64,000 bases of DNA, from NCBI GenBank assembly GCA_051362555.1, contig CM120640.1, positions 37,901,967-37,965,966 of the forward strand, written 5' to 3'. Source of the DNA: Lingula anatina (taxonomy: Eukaryota > Animalia > Brachiopoda). The translations under genes and the position numbers were made by a program. Below, one piece after another: positions 51,711-64,000 of the stretch. The notes beneath the pieces were generated by a model that saw only the letters and a list, made by a program, of their open reading frames with translations, was not told the DNA's origin and searched no databases. Numbering within the stretch: position 1 is the stretch's first letter; every line of letters starts with the position of its first letter.

Positions 51711-54700
51711 TCAGGTATTAGAGAAAGGGCGCAAGTGTTCTAGCTGTATTTCCAATGCTATCCTCTGTTCCATCACTTCTTGCAGCTCCTGGTTTAGTTC
51801 TCCATTCAGCCGCTGAAATTGCATGTTATTCATCCGTTGTTGACGAATGGCAGCTTGAATTTCTCTTTTGTCTCTTGCTCTGAAATAATGGGTTACAGAC
51901 ATATGTAGGGAAATAAATTAAGAATTTTTATTATCAAGTTGGTAGTAATTTTACTTTTTTATTCTGCTTTTAGACTGGCATTAAATTATGTAAATGTACT
52001 ATAACCGCCTTATTACTGTAACATTGAGAATATTACTCTAAGGCAACTCAGTAACGGAGAGTCCAAACAAATGGTGCGCGCGCGCGCACACACACACACA
52101 ACTGCCATGTAGGTGTCTAGTACTTACTTTTTGGCTTTATGATTCATTTCTTCCCTGATTGCACTGGCTGTAGGAGGTGACAAGGATCTCTGAAGTAGAA
52201 GAAAAAGATGGTCATGATTAGATGAATTCTCAGTCTCAGTTATTATATATTTGTCTGAAATTTAAATATTTGAAGCAAGTGGTACACATTAGCTCAATTT
52301 CAAAAAGCTTAAAAATGGTGCATTGTAGGACTGAAAACTTAAGTATGAACATATGCAAAAAGACTGTATTTGCATTCCCCTTTCAGCTTCATTTATTTTT
52401 TTTACTTTACTCAACAGGAATTTTGTGTCTGATCAAAGGTACACTCCATGAGATTTACCTGCCAAAATGGATCTTCCCTGGGAAAATAAGCAATTTGCTC
52501 ATACTCATAGGTCATTTATCTATTACTCTCTGCACTTGGATTTGACCTTGGACAAAATTTAACTTCAAGTGACTGGCCATTCATTATAACAGCGACCATT
52601 TTTCTCTAAGCTCCATTGGAAATATCAACATCAGGTATGCCCCCAAAAATATATATTTCAGGGGTAAAATCATTTCTAAGGTGTATGTAAGGTTTTATAA
52701 GAAATTCTGTTTGGCAAAAATAAGCATTTGGATATTTTCAAACCCATGGAATGTACCTTCAAGGAATTGTATACACAAGGTAGAACTATGCAGAGAACTG
52801 AACTTTCTGCAGACATTTTACTTACCACTTTTGTCCCAATATCTGGTTTAACAGTGGCATTCAAACCTAAAATGAAACGGGTACCACACACACATATTAG
52901 AGGCAACATAATCTCCCCAGAAAAACAAAATCACACAAGCTTTGTTTACTGATCAAAAACCATGTTAAACATTTTAAAGGCAGATAAACAATTACGTTCT
53001 ACTCAAACAGGTAAAAACATCACAAATGAGTATCAGAGAGTCTATCTCTAGCAATGGAGAAAAAATCAATTTTTTTCTACTTCTATTATGGATAGATTGC
53101 AAAGAAACCCACCTCCACCACTATGTTCCTGCTCTTCTTCTGTAATATCATCTGTACCCTGTAGAGCAGAGTAAAACCAAGGCATGAGTACCTTCATTGA
53201 TTCTCATTTAATAATTGTCTTCAAGAACAGTGTTAAATTTGCCTGGCATCACCATCTTGCAGCAGAACTGTAAACTTAAAAACTTCCCAAACGAAAATAT
53301 GGAATAAGTGACTTTCAGTGTTTTATCTTTTTTAAATATAGCCCAGGCCACTGTTGAGCTTTCTGTTTTGGAACTTTGCTTCCCACAAAGACCAATAAAG
53401 CTGCAACTCATACTTAAGTTTACAATTCCTTTGCTAGATGGAGATAGCAGGGTGTCTTTAACATGTTTTGTAAATCACACTCACCATTTGTGGATGATCT
53501 AAAGACACTGTTCTTCTTTGTGTTTCTACATGGTTAACATGAGTATCTGTTTCTATTGCACTCAATACTGCAGGCTCACTCATTTGATTGACTAGCTTTT
53601 TGGGAAGGCTCTGAATCGTGAAATGGTAGTCATATGTATCACAACAGCTTATATTAATTTAATTCCAAATTCATACAACACCATTTAAAGCCACCATTAG
53701 CCGAGTACATAATTATTATCCAGCTTTTCTAAGTGTTGAGATCTTGTTCATATATGGTTCTACAAGGACTGTTGTAGTCCTGCCTATAAAAGGCTCACTT
53801 TTGGTCGTATGGCCCCGATAATGGCACTGTCCTTCACTCTTTGAAATATTGGCTTAATAACACAGGGATAGCATAGCAGGGAATTTAGGTTAAAATTATG
53901 CTTTTGCTGCTGTGATCTGCATGCTGTTCTACATACATGTTTCATTATCATAAAGGATTGGAATGACAGTTTCAAGGAACAGCAGAAATAGATTTTTATT
54001 TAATTTTCATATAAACATTGTATTAACATTCTATTGGCCATGCATTACACTTTAGAAATGACATGTTACTTCAAAGACAGGGTATTATATTCCCTATTAT
54101 AAAATATCTATAGTTTTATATCTCATGTTCTAGATATGAATGACAAATGAATTTCTCTCCATTTTAAAATATTCCCAAGCGATCAGTCTCATATATGCAC
54201 AACCTTAATACCAAATGGCTAATTAAAATGAAGGCTACTGTGGGATTTCTTACTTCTTTGTTTGGTCCTCTAGGGGGCACTGCTGGAGGAGGGGCCAAGG
54301 GACCAAGAGAATCTGCAATCAAAATAATTCTTGAGTAATTATTTCCCTTCCAGTAAATGTTTATAAATGCTTAAAATGCTTTTGACACTAATGAATGACT
54401 GCCTAAGTAAACAAAATGGCTAAAACTGCAAAAATCAAACAGCTTAAACATGCAAAAGTGAAGCTACTAATAGAAAAATCACACAATTCCACAAACTATA
54501 AAATCAAAATTAAGGCATAAATTGTATTAGAAAATGACATGAGAATGAGTAAAATACATTTGTAAGAAGAGTATGTTAAAGATTCAAAATGGGGAACTTC
54601 CATATAAAAACAGTTCATTCAGATTAAGCTTCCCTAAAAAGAATTATGAGAAATAAGACAGCACTGAATTTCTGCAAACAGAAAGGAGAGATTCACATTT

Positions 54701-56040
54701 ATTCTTGGGTTGGGGAGAAAAAGCACCATTAGACCTAGAGCTTGAGGTTTGGGTTGGAGCAAACTGTCTACGATGTTCTCCTTGTGAAAAAATACTGTTA
54801 GAACAGTGCCAATCTAGGGTGAAATAATTGTCTATCCTTTAATCCTACTCTAAAGAAAAACACCACTAAGTACCATCACATGTAATCACTACAAAACTTC
54901 CCAGTACATGCTTAAAAAACTATAGAAGAAATGCTGGTAGACAGGGACAGATACCATTGTGAATGCCAAAAGTTTTCAATTCCCCACTGAAAAAAAATTA
55001 ATAAATGAAATAAACATTTCAAATCTGTGCATAAAAATGGCTGTTGCTATTAGTTCATTTACCATGCAAAATGTTGAGGTAGGGCAAAATAACTATAAGG
55101 AGACAAAGCAATAATCTGTACTACCCTTGCTTCACTGGTTGGTTAGTCAGGCCTAATAAATGATAATTGCCATTTGGGATCTCAAGGCGTGGATGTACAA
55201 TCTTGAATGCTGAATTAACAACTTGATTTAAAAACAGTGGTCATGAGCATCACATAAAAGAGCACAAACAATTTGGCCTTTTTCATCCAGTTCTTCTGCT
55301 GTTTACATATGGCCTCTTTTTCTCAACCAAACCTTTTTTTCAATAACAAAGTGATGTGCTCTCAAAAACCTTATGAAAACCAATTTGGTAGGTAACTGGA
55401 TTGACGATTCACGATCTGCATCATGGAGCCCACATCCACCATTTTTACATTCGCACCATGAAATTTCAGTTTGAGGGGTTAATTCAGCATTTGTGATCAC
55501 AAACTCAAGGTCACAGACAATTATTTCATTTATAAGGCCCGTTAGTAGGTTAACTTAACCTTAAAAAGAATGCAGTTCAAAACTCCCAAGGAAAAAAATG
55601 CTATAATAAAATCTAACAGGAACTAAAAGGTCATTCCAACATGGCCAACCACCTCGGGGAAAAATGTGATTCAAAAATCACCAAACCTGCTGTTTTGGCC
55701 CTTTGTAAAGACCTATAATCCAGGGACTGACTTCTGAAATGTCCATAGACTGGGCCACGCTTAGGTATACTAGTACTGAGTGTACGTACAACTTCTACAA
55801 CAGAACAGGCCAAGCATGGTTTGGACAGTCACAACAAAAATAATTAAGAAGGTAAACGATTAATACATCAGTCTGAACAAAAAACAGAGTTAAAAATCAA
55901 TACACTAAGAAACTGACACTACAAGCAATAGATATCAACATTATGTGTTTATGCATTTTCTATGGCAGTTTATGGCAGTATTGTAAAACTTCTGTCAATT
56001 ACAATAACAGAGTTGAAAAGTTCAAAACACACTAGTTAGG

Positions 56041-56098
<58 letters not shown>

Positions 56099-59000
56099 AA
56101 AATATCAATTTTTGACAAATATACAAGGCACTTTTAATTACTTTAAACCATTGTGAAAATAAGATAACATCATTATGATCCAGTTAATATTTAGTCAGTG
56201 TGTCCAATTTTGTTGTTAGTAGATGAAAGGATTGATATGGTGTTTATTTTTGTGTTGTCATTGAGCATATTTGACATCTGAATTCAGGCACAGTGGTGAC
56301 CTTTGATAAACACAATAAGGTTTTTTTTTCTTGGGGGTGGGGGTGGGTGGGGGGCATAATATATGTTAAACTTCATGCCGTATATTTTGTGTTCAAAACA
56401 CTTCTGGTTGATCTGATGTTGTGCCTTGCATATGGATTCCTACTAAACCCTGGTGTTTATCTATGTCACCCCTGCTACTTACTTGGTTTACTGTCTGTGG
56501 AGGTGTCCACTGAGTGTTGTTGATGGGGAGGTGGCTGTAGTAAGGGCTGGGCTCCAGGACCTGGGGCATGACCTTGAACTAGGGAAGAACATGCATAATC
56601 ATAACAACACACTCCATGCATGAACAACTACTATGACCAAGTCATTCGTTTACATATGCATTGGATCATAGAAAGATATCGTAGTCTACGATGTATTTCC
56701 ATGATTGTATATTTTGTTTATTTCACATTAAAACCATGCATTAAGAGTTTATCTGACAACAGATGTTTTGCTGTAGCTAGCCATGAAACAAAACTGAAGA
56801 CAACTTAAATCTGATTCAACAATACTAACATGCAGGCCACATTGAACTTAAAGGCTCTCCATTCAGTCAGTATCTTTTAGAACTTCTTTCTTACCTCTTC
56901 TTCTAAATGTTTTATAAATGCATTCTTTCTTTCATACAGACCAGATGGCAGTGCGATTCAACACTAACTTCAAAGCACACAAACACACACACACATGCAC
57001 ACACACGTGCATAGATCTTACAAACAACAGGACAGTTTGAAGAAAAAAAAATCACATGCACTGTCAACAACAGATGCAAACAATATCCACTTTTATCTGT
57101 ATTAGTCCAGGGCAATTTTGGGGGTGGTGGTTGGGAAAAGTTTTGCAAGTGAGGTGGCAAAAAGTTATTGTCTTAATCTTTTCTAATCAAAGAAATGAAA
57201 TGTCACTATTTATACATTTCTCCCATTCTAAATCAAATGACTTCAAAGCACAGCTCACTCTCTGAACCAGTCTCACCTGCATACAACAGAACAGAAGCAA
57301 TATTAAGAAAATGTTTACTTACTGAAAGGTCTTGGCACTGGTCTTGGTCGGCCTTTTCAACAAACAAACAAATAAATAAATTTAAAAAAAGGAGAGTTAT
57401 TACATGAACTCACCAGGTTGAGCTTTCTTTGGTGTGGGTCTGGGTCTGCCTTGCAAGGGCCCTGTAAGCTTTGAAGGGGGGTTGGTATCAAGTGGTGGAG
57501 AATGGAGAAAAGATTCTGTCTGTGACCGACCCCTGGTCGGGCTGACTAAGCTTTCTTGGTTCGCTTCGTGGGGAGCAGCAGCGTTGGAAGCGGTAGAAGC
57601 AGCAGCAGAGGGGTCATAGGGTGAAGGTTCTGGAAACAGAATGTAGTTTTTGGATTATGTAGACCATAAGGATGCAGATCAAATCCCCCTTTTTTTTTCA
57701 TTTCAAAGTTAATCATTTAATAAATGGTAATGGTAATGCCTTTACATAACTAATCTTCCACAATTAGAGCACAATTCGCTAAATCTACACAGTGCAATAA
57801 TCAAAGTTATGAGCATCTTAACATCAAATGTGATCTGTATTCTATTGCCTGTATTTATCCAAAGAAACATCTGCAGAAACATGGCTACACATCAGAGTGC
57901 ATGTTTCTTCCATTTCAAGTAGCAGTCAACATCTTAAAACTTCAGCCTACTGGCTATTAAGTCTTATACACCTTAGAAAAATACTAATCTAAATGAAAAT
58001 CAGTCTAAAGGTGCAAAAAAAAGATAATGGGAAATATTTCAAAACAAACTTCCAATTTCCAGTAGTCCAACTAGACCAGTAACTTTTGAAAATCAATGTT
58101 TTTACTAGTATGAATCCAAATCGACCGATGCCGCACCCTGTGGTAATATCTCACCTACCGGACTGTGTACGCCCCCTATCATCTACCAGGTGTCCATCAG
58201 GAGACATCCGCAGTGCAACAGGATGTATTATCTTGGAATCCTATCAATACAAAGGGCAGTTTGCAACAAACAACAGATACATCCCCATAAAAAGTGTTAT
58301 GATCATATTGCACTTACTCTGGCGCACATTTTCCTTCAAAATTTATCAAACAAACAATGTTGAATGTGGTCAAATTTTATTCGTTTACAAAGTTACAAAT
58401 TTTTCATAATTAAAGCCCATTTAGCCAAATCTACACATGCTTTTTTTCATCTCATGCACAGCTCACAACCGAAGTTAAGACCCGCAACCAACTTACAGAA
58501 TCAGCTGTGATTGGTCGAAATTCAAAAGTAGGAAGCTTTGCTCCTGGCGAAGACACTACGCTTGAGGAAGGGGAATCAGGTGGAAAGTTAGTTGACCACT
58601 AGTGAGATAAGAACAGATAAAGAAAAGGTGATTTATACACTTCATTGTATGTGGACTTCTTTTGCAAAATGAACAACACTCATTACTCTTTCATTACCTT
58701 TTTCTAATGACTGATTTACATTTTTGGGGACAGGAATTTAATATGAAAATATCAGATCTGAATGACCTTGTCAACACATTTATTCCAAAAGCATGCAGTT
58801 TTATTTTCAAGCAAATTCCACTGTGATATAGGAGGTTTTAGCAAGTAAGTTAGCACTGCATACTATACAAACAGCACTCAAAGTTAGATAAGGATGCATT
58901 ATTTTGAAAAAATTAATAAATAAGTTTACTGTGAACCCCCTGCCTCCCCCCCCCTCCCCCCAAAAAAGCTCAGAGATGCTAGAGCTTACCAAAAAACCCT

Positions 59001-60570
59001 GTATTATTTTACTGATGATTATTGATAATGGAGAACATGCACCTTGACAGCAAATAAAAGGACACCTTTATAATATCACTTGACAAGAAAAATATTCAGT
59101 CTTCAAAAAAAAAAAAATAAATAAATAAATAACAACTGTGCATGTGAATAAATGAATAAATAAACAAACATATACATAAAAATCATACAAATTTTAATTC
59201 TCTTTCCTTAATAAAAAAAATAATAAAGGAATGTAAAAACTGAAGTGCATTGCATGCTAAACTCTACAGCATTTCAATATGGCATCTACATGCAGAAGCC
59301 ATGCTACTGAAGCACACATCACACAGGTGTATCACAGCCCACTCACCTGCTGGTTTGGTTGCTGTGGTGACGGTGATGTGGGAGTGGGTCTCTTGATAGT
59401 ACTGCCAGGAGGAAGGTCAAGGTTGAAAGGTTCATCTGCAAAGAAAGACAAACGGAATAACATTAAGACATTAGATTTTTACACGTAATTTTTTTAAATT
59501 CTATCAAATATCACTGAAATATAAATTCATTTTCCATGCTAAAACTATAGCTAAGACTATCTTGCTTATCTGACCAATTCAAGATACTTGAATCACATGA
59601 TCACAATTTGCAATACCAGATAACAGTTTCTGTTTTATAAATTTACAAAAGATTAACATAAGCCTGAAGGGCTGAGTGTGTATGTACAAGACCCAACAAT
59701 ATAAAACATAACTTAAATACTAATGGGTAAGAGTCTCCTCACCTGTAAGTGTTGTATATGGCATCAGGGAAGGTGGCAGACTGTCTGGCAGTTCTATTTC
59801 ATTTCTCCTCAGCACAACTAAATGCATAGCTGTACAAAACTCCTCTAAAGATAAAGCACCATCTTTATTGACATCAGATAACCTCCTGTAAAATATAATT
59901 AATCCCAAGACTGAAATTTTTCTAAAAAAAAATAACGTACCATTGATAGCAGATGAAAAAATAAATAATAAAACACTACCTTTATCCAACACAATATCAC
60001 GCCATTTTAAGTAATACTAGATGAAATACTGAGGATCACAGAAATTTATGTGAACAGCATAACGTCCTGGGAAAAAATGTCCTACATTTAAATTTATATA
60101 CATATAATATTCTGTAAAATACCTCACAAAAAGCAGCATCACTTACCAAATCTTAGAAAGGACATCATTTGGCAACTTGGACTTTTCGAAGAAATCTTTT
60201 GCAACAGCACCTACAGAGATACAAAAATGAGTTTGGTATCAATCATTAAAGTCATTGTGTTTTGTTGTATTTTCTACTGAGCCTCTTCATTTCTACATTT
60301 CATGTATTACAAATCAATATTGATACTAACCAGCTTCACTATCAAAATACAATGCCTCACCTAATATAACTCCATTCAAATCAGGTTGTAGTGTCCTGAA
60401 CTGTTTAACATAATATTCCTTCTGCTCATCAGAAATCATCCAGATATCTTCTACACTGTCTGTGTCTGAGCTGTTCACATCAGAGGAATCCAGCTTGTTA
60501 CTACTAGCATCAGAAGAAAAACGAGCCCACTGCTTGCCACCGTGGTCTACATCATCATGCGATATCAAAC
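51711..60570 (-). CDS. REPS1: RalBP1-associated Eps-domain protein (REPS1/REPS2-like), 3' part; 5' exons lie beyond the window
   Basis: Exons 60570-60361, 60210-60147, 59885-59743, 59435-59347, 58598-58497, 58240-58159, 57629-57414, (57352-57323), 56578-56483, 55794-55687, 54312-54254, 53158-53113, 52866-52826, 52189-52128, 51879-51711. EH domain [49 protein letters not shown]; [10 protein letters not shown]; PPAVPPR; C-terminal coiled coil [30 protein letters not shown]. Confidence 0.9.
56045..56095. repeat. (AT)n microsatellite
   Basis: Direct reading. Confidence 0.95.
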
Positions 60571-60618
60571 CTGGAAAAGAATGACTAGTTTAGAGTTCAG
60601 TTATGTAAGCAAAAGGGA

Positions 60619-62417
60619 AACAAGGCAGCAAAGCTGTCAAATGTACAGACAAAGAACAGAAAATAAAGATGCAAATAAGTAAAAAATTAAATTTTCACAA
60701 AAAACTGTTAAATTGCCAGAAAAATTTACCAAACAGACTGCGTTGCCTATTGAAGCTGTATGTTAGACCCTTGTTTCTTTCCTGTAAGTTTGAGAACAGT
60801 AAGTGACATGATTTCCCTTAAATGGTCATCATAGGAGCAGTGCCCAAAATAGGGGTTTCTTCAAATTTTGATGCAACATTACATAATGTTTAACAGCATA
60901 ATGACAATCAAATGTTATTAATAAAATATTAGTAACATGGACATTCAGAAAATGTGACAAGCAAAAGTCTTCAAGATCATGGAACTTTAAAGTCACACCT
61001 TGAAAATGCCAATATGTGAAAAATTAAATTTTCACAAAAAACTGTTTAACTGCCAAAAAAAAAAAAAAAAAAAACAGACTGCATTGCCTACTGAAGCTGT
61101 ATTTTAGTCCCATGTTTCTATCCTGTAAGTTTGAAAACAGTAAGTGACATGATTTTCCTTAAATGGTCATCATGGAAGCAGTGCCCAAAATGGGGGTTTC
61201 TTCAAATTTTGATGCAACATTACATAATGTTTAACAGCATAATGACAATCAAATGTTATTAATAAAATATTAGTAACATGGACATTCAGAAAATGTGACA
61301 AGCAAAAGTCTTCAAGATCATGGAACTTTAAAGTCACACCTTGAAAATGCCAATATGTGAAAAATTAAATTTTCACAAAAAACTGTTTAACTGCCAAAAA
61401 AAAAAAAAAAAAACCAAACAGACTGCATTGCCTACTGAAGCTGTATTTTAGTCCCATGTTTCTATCCTGTAAGTTTGAAAACAGTAAGTGACATGATTTT
61501 CCTTAAATGGTCATCATGGAAGCAGTGCCCAAAATGGGGGTTTCTTCAAATTTTGATGCAATATTACATAATGTTTAACAGCTTAATGACCATCAATTTT
61601 TAATCATAAAATATTAGTATCATGGATATTCAGAAAATGTGACTAGCAAAGGTCTTCAGGCCCATGGAACTTCAAAGTCACCCCTTGATAATGCCAAAAT
61701 GTAAACAAGACAGCACTGTTCTGAAATGGGTTTATTTCCATTTTTAACACATTTTTAACATAAAACAAAATAAACATTTTACTGCCATTTTTATATGTCC
61801 AACTAAGAAAATTGATGAGATGGGAAAAGTATCAATAGAACAGTGTTAAATGTCCAATTTCCTCCATTCTGAGATTCTGAACATAGTGGATGATTGAATC
61901 TGACAAACTGCAATGATATGAGTTTATTTCCATTTTTGACACTTTATTACACAATACATGATAACAAGTTTACCATGTTTTTTACATAATCAACTAACAA
62001 TGTTGTAAAGATGCAGGAAATATCAAACAAACACTTTTAGGCATCTTATTAGTTAAATAATGAGACTGTTAACATGCCTAATAATTGAATCTGAGGAAAT
62101 GTGAAAAAACAGTATAACTTCTTAAGTAATGGCCCGATTATGCTTATTTTCGAACTCAACCTGCGTTTTAGTAAGATTGACCACTCCTGTGAGTATAATT
62201 ACAATTGGCCAATCTGTTTTTCTTATATTGTGTTATCAGTGTTGCATTTATATTGAAAATAGTGAAAAAACAGCATAAATTACCTAAAAGTGACCCGATC
62301 ATGCTGATTTTCGAACTTGACCTACGTATTATGAATATTCATCAGTTCTGTAAGTTTCAAGTCAAAAGGTAAAATGGTTTTCCACTTATCGTGTTATCGG
62401 TGCTGCATATATGCTGA
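60619..62417. mobile_element. HINE-type element copy 2, with three tandem ~340-bp units; interrupted by copy 3
   Basis: Same terminus AACAAGGCAGCAAAGCTGTCAAATGTACAGACA. Unit marker TTCAAATTTTGATGCAA at about 60860, 61201 and 61545, followed by ~150-bp GGCCCGAT..TTTTCGAACT units. Confidence 0.8.
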
Positions 62418-64000
62418 AACAAGGCAGCAAAGCTGTCAAATGTACAGACAAAAAGCAGGAAATAACAAAATAGGCTACTGTCAATTCTGATACAAAAGTA
62501 CATTATGTTAAACTGCAAATTCAACATCAAATTTTAATTATGCTCAACAGGTAATACCAATGTAAGTAAAATGTGTACCAAGCATAAGGCTTCAGGCCCA
62601 TGGAAGTTCAAGTTCACGCTTTGAAAATGTAAAACTTCCAGAAAAAGAAGTCAATTAGACTGCTTTTCCAACGTCAGGCTGCATTTTAGTCCTGTATTTC
62701 TTTTTTGAAAGTTTTGCAATCATAAGTAACATGGTTTTCTCATAATGGTCATCATGGCAGCAGCACCCAAAATTGTGTTTTCTTCTATTCTGATGCAATA
62801 TTACATAATGGTTTACAGCATAATGACAATCAATTTTTAATAAGAAAATATACCTATCATGGATTTTCAGAAAATGTGACTATCATGGGTCTTCAAGCCT
62901 GTGGAACTTCAAAGTCACACATTGAAAATGCCAATATGTGAAAAATTAAATTTTCACAAAAAAATGTTTAACTGGCAGATTGCATTGCCTACTGAAGCTA
63001 TATTTTAGTCCCATGTTTCTTTCCTGTAAGTTTGAGAACAGTAAGTGACATGGTTTTTCTTAAATGGTCATCATAGTAACAGTTCCCAAAAATAGTTTTT
63101 TTTTTTCAAATTTTGATGCAATATTACATAATGTTTAACAGCATAATGACCATCAATTTCTAATAATAAAATATTAGTATCATGGATATTCAGAAAATGT
63201 GACTAGCAAAGGTCTTCTGGCCCATGGAACTTCAAAGTCACAACTTGAAAATGCCAAAATGTAAACAAGACAGAACTGTTCTGAAATGTTTTTTCCACAT
63301 TTTTAACAACTTTTAACATAAAACAAAATTAACAGTTTACTGCCATTTATATATGATCAACTAAAAAAATTGATGAGATGGGAAAAAAATCAATAGAGCA
63401 GTGTTAAATGTCCAATTTCTTCCATTCTGAGATTCTGAACATAGTGAATGATTGAATCTGACAAACTGCAATGATATGAGTTTATTTCCATTTTTGAAAC
63501 TTTATTACACAATACACGATAACAAGTTTACCATCATTTTTACAAAATCAACCAACAATGTTGTAAAGATGCAGGAAATGTCAAACAAACACTTTTACGT
63601 ATCTTATTAATTAAATAATGAAACTGTTAACATGCCTAAGAATTGAATCTGAGGAAATGTGAAAAAACAGCATAACTTCTAAAATAATGGCCCGATTATG
63701 CTGATTTTCAAACTCAACCTGAGTTTTAGTAAGATTAACCACTCCTGTGAGTTTCATGACAATTGGCCTATCTGTTTTTCTTATATTGTGTTAACAGTGT
63801 TGCATATATGCTGAAAAGTGAAAAAAACAGCATAACTACTAAAATAGTGGCCCGATCATGCCGATTTTTGAACTTGACCTGCATTTTAGTAAGATTAACC
63901 ACTCCTGTGAGTTTCATGACAACTGGCCTATATGTTTTTCTTATATTGTGTTAACAGTGTTGCATATATGCTGAAAAGTGAAAAAAAAAAACAGCATAAC
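62418..64000. mobile_element. HINE-type element copy 3, running off the window end
   Basis: Restarts with the family terminus in the middle of a ~150-bp unit of copy 2; colinear with 34935-36250 at high identity. Confidence 0.8.

Noticed and set aside
55303-55500. 65-aa minus-strand ORF in a REPS intron as an extra exon
   Set aside because: Weak splice sites and not needed for phase continuity.

Overview
AT-rich, intron-rich eukaryotic DNA from an invertebrate bilaterian, probably a marine lophotrochozoan judging by the repeat types (species not determinable). Seven spliced protein-coding genes were reconstructed by hand with GT-AG boundaries and consistent exon phases: DEPDC7-like (+, 8 exons), a GPI-type leucine-rich-repeat gene (-, one coding exon), two tandem ODF3/CIMAP1 (SHIPPO-repeat) coding cassettes (+), a 20-exon NELL-like gene (-), a stand-alone macrodomain gene (+) head-to-head with NELL, and the 3' part of a REPS1/2-like EH-domain gene (-). 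Mobile DNA includes a Penelope-like remnant with an inverted end and a variant hammerhead-like motif, a PIF/Harbinger MITE, three Helentron/HINE-type elements (one nested in another), a retro-insertion with a fold-back hairpin, and older MITEs. The most interesting leads are: (1) two ODF3 cassettes that may both splice from upstream non-coding exons and show gene-conversion-like patches; (2) the G3-C8 hammerhead-like motif; (3) TA-palindrome footprints visible by comparing the two arms of one repeat; (4) an alternative last exon giving the macrodomain protein a KKL (PTS1-like) end. All calls come from reading the sequence; no database searches were run.
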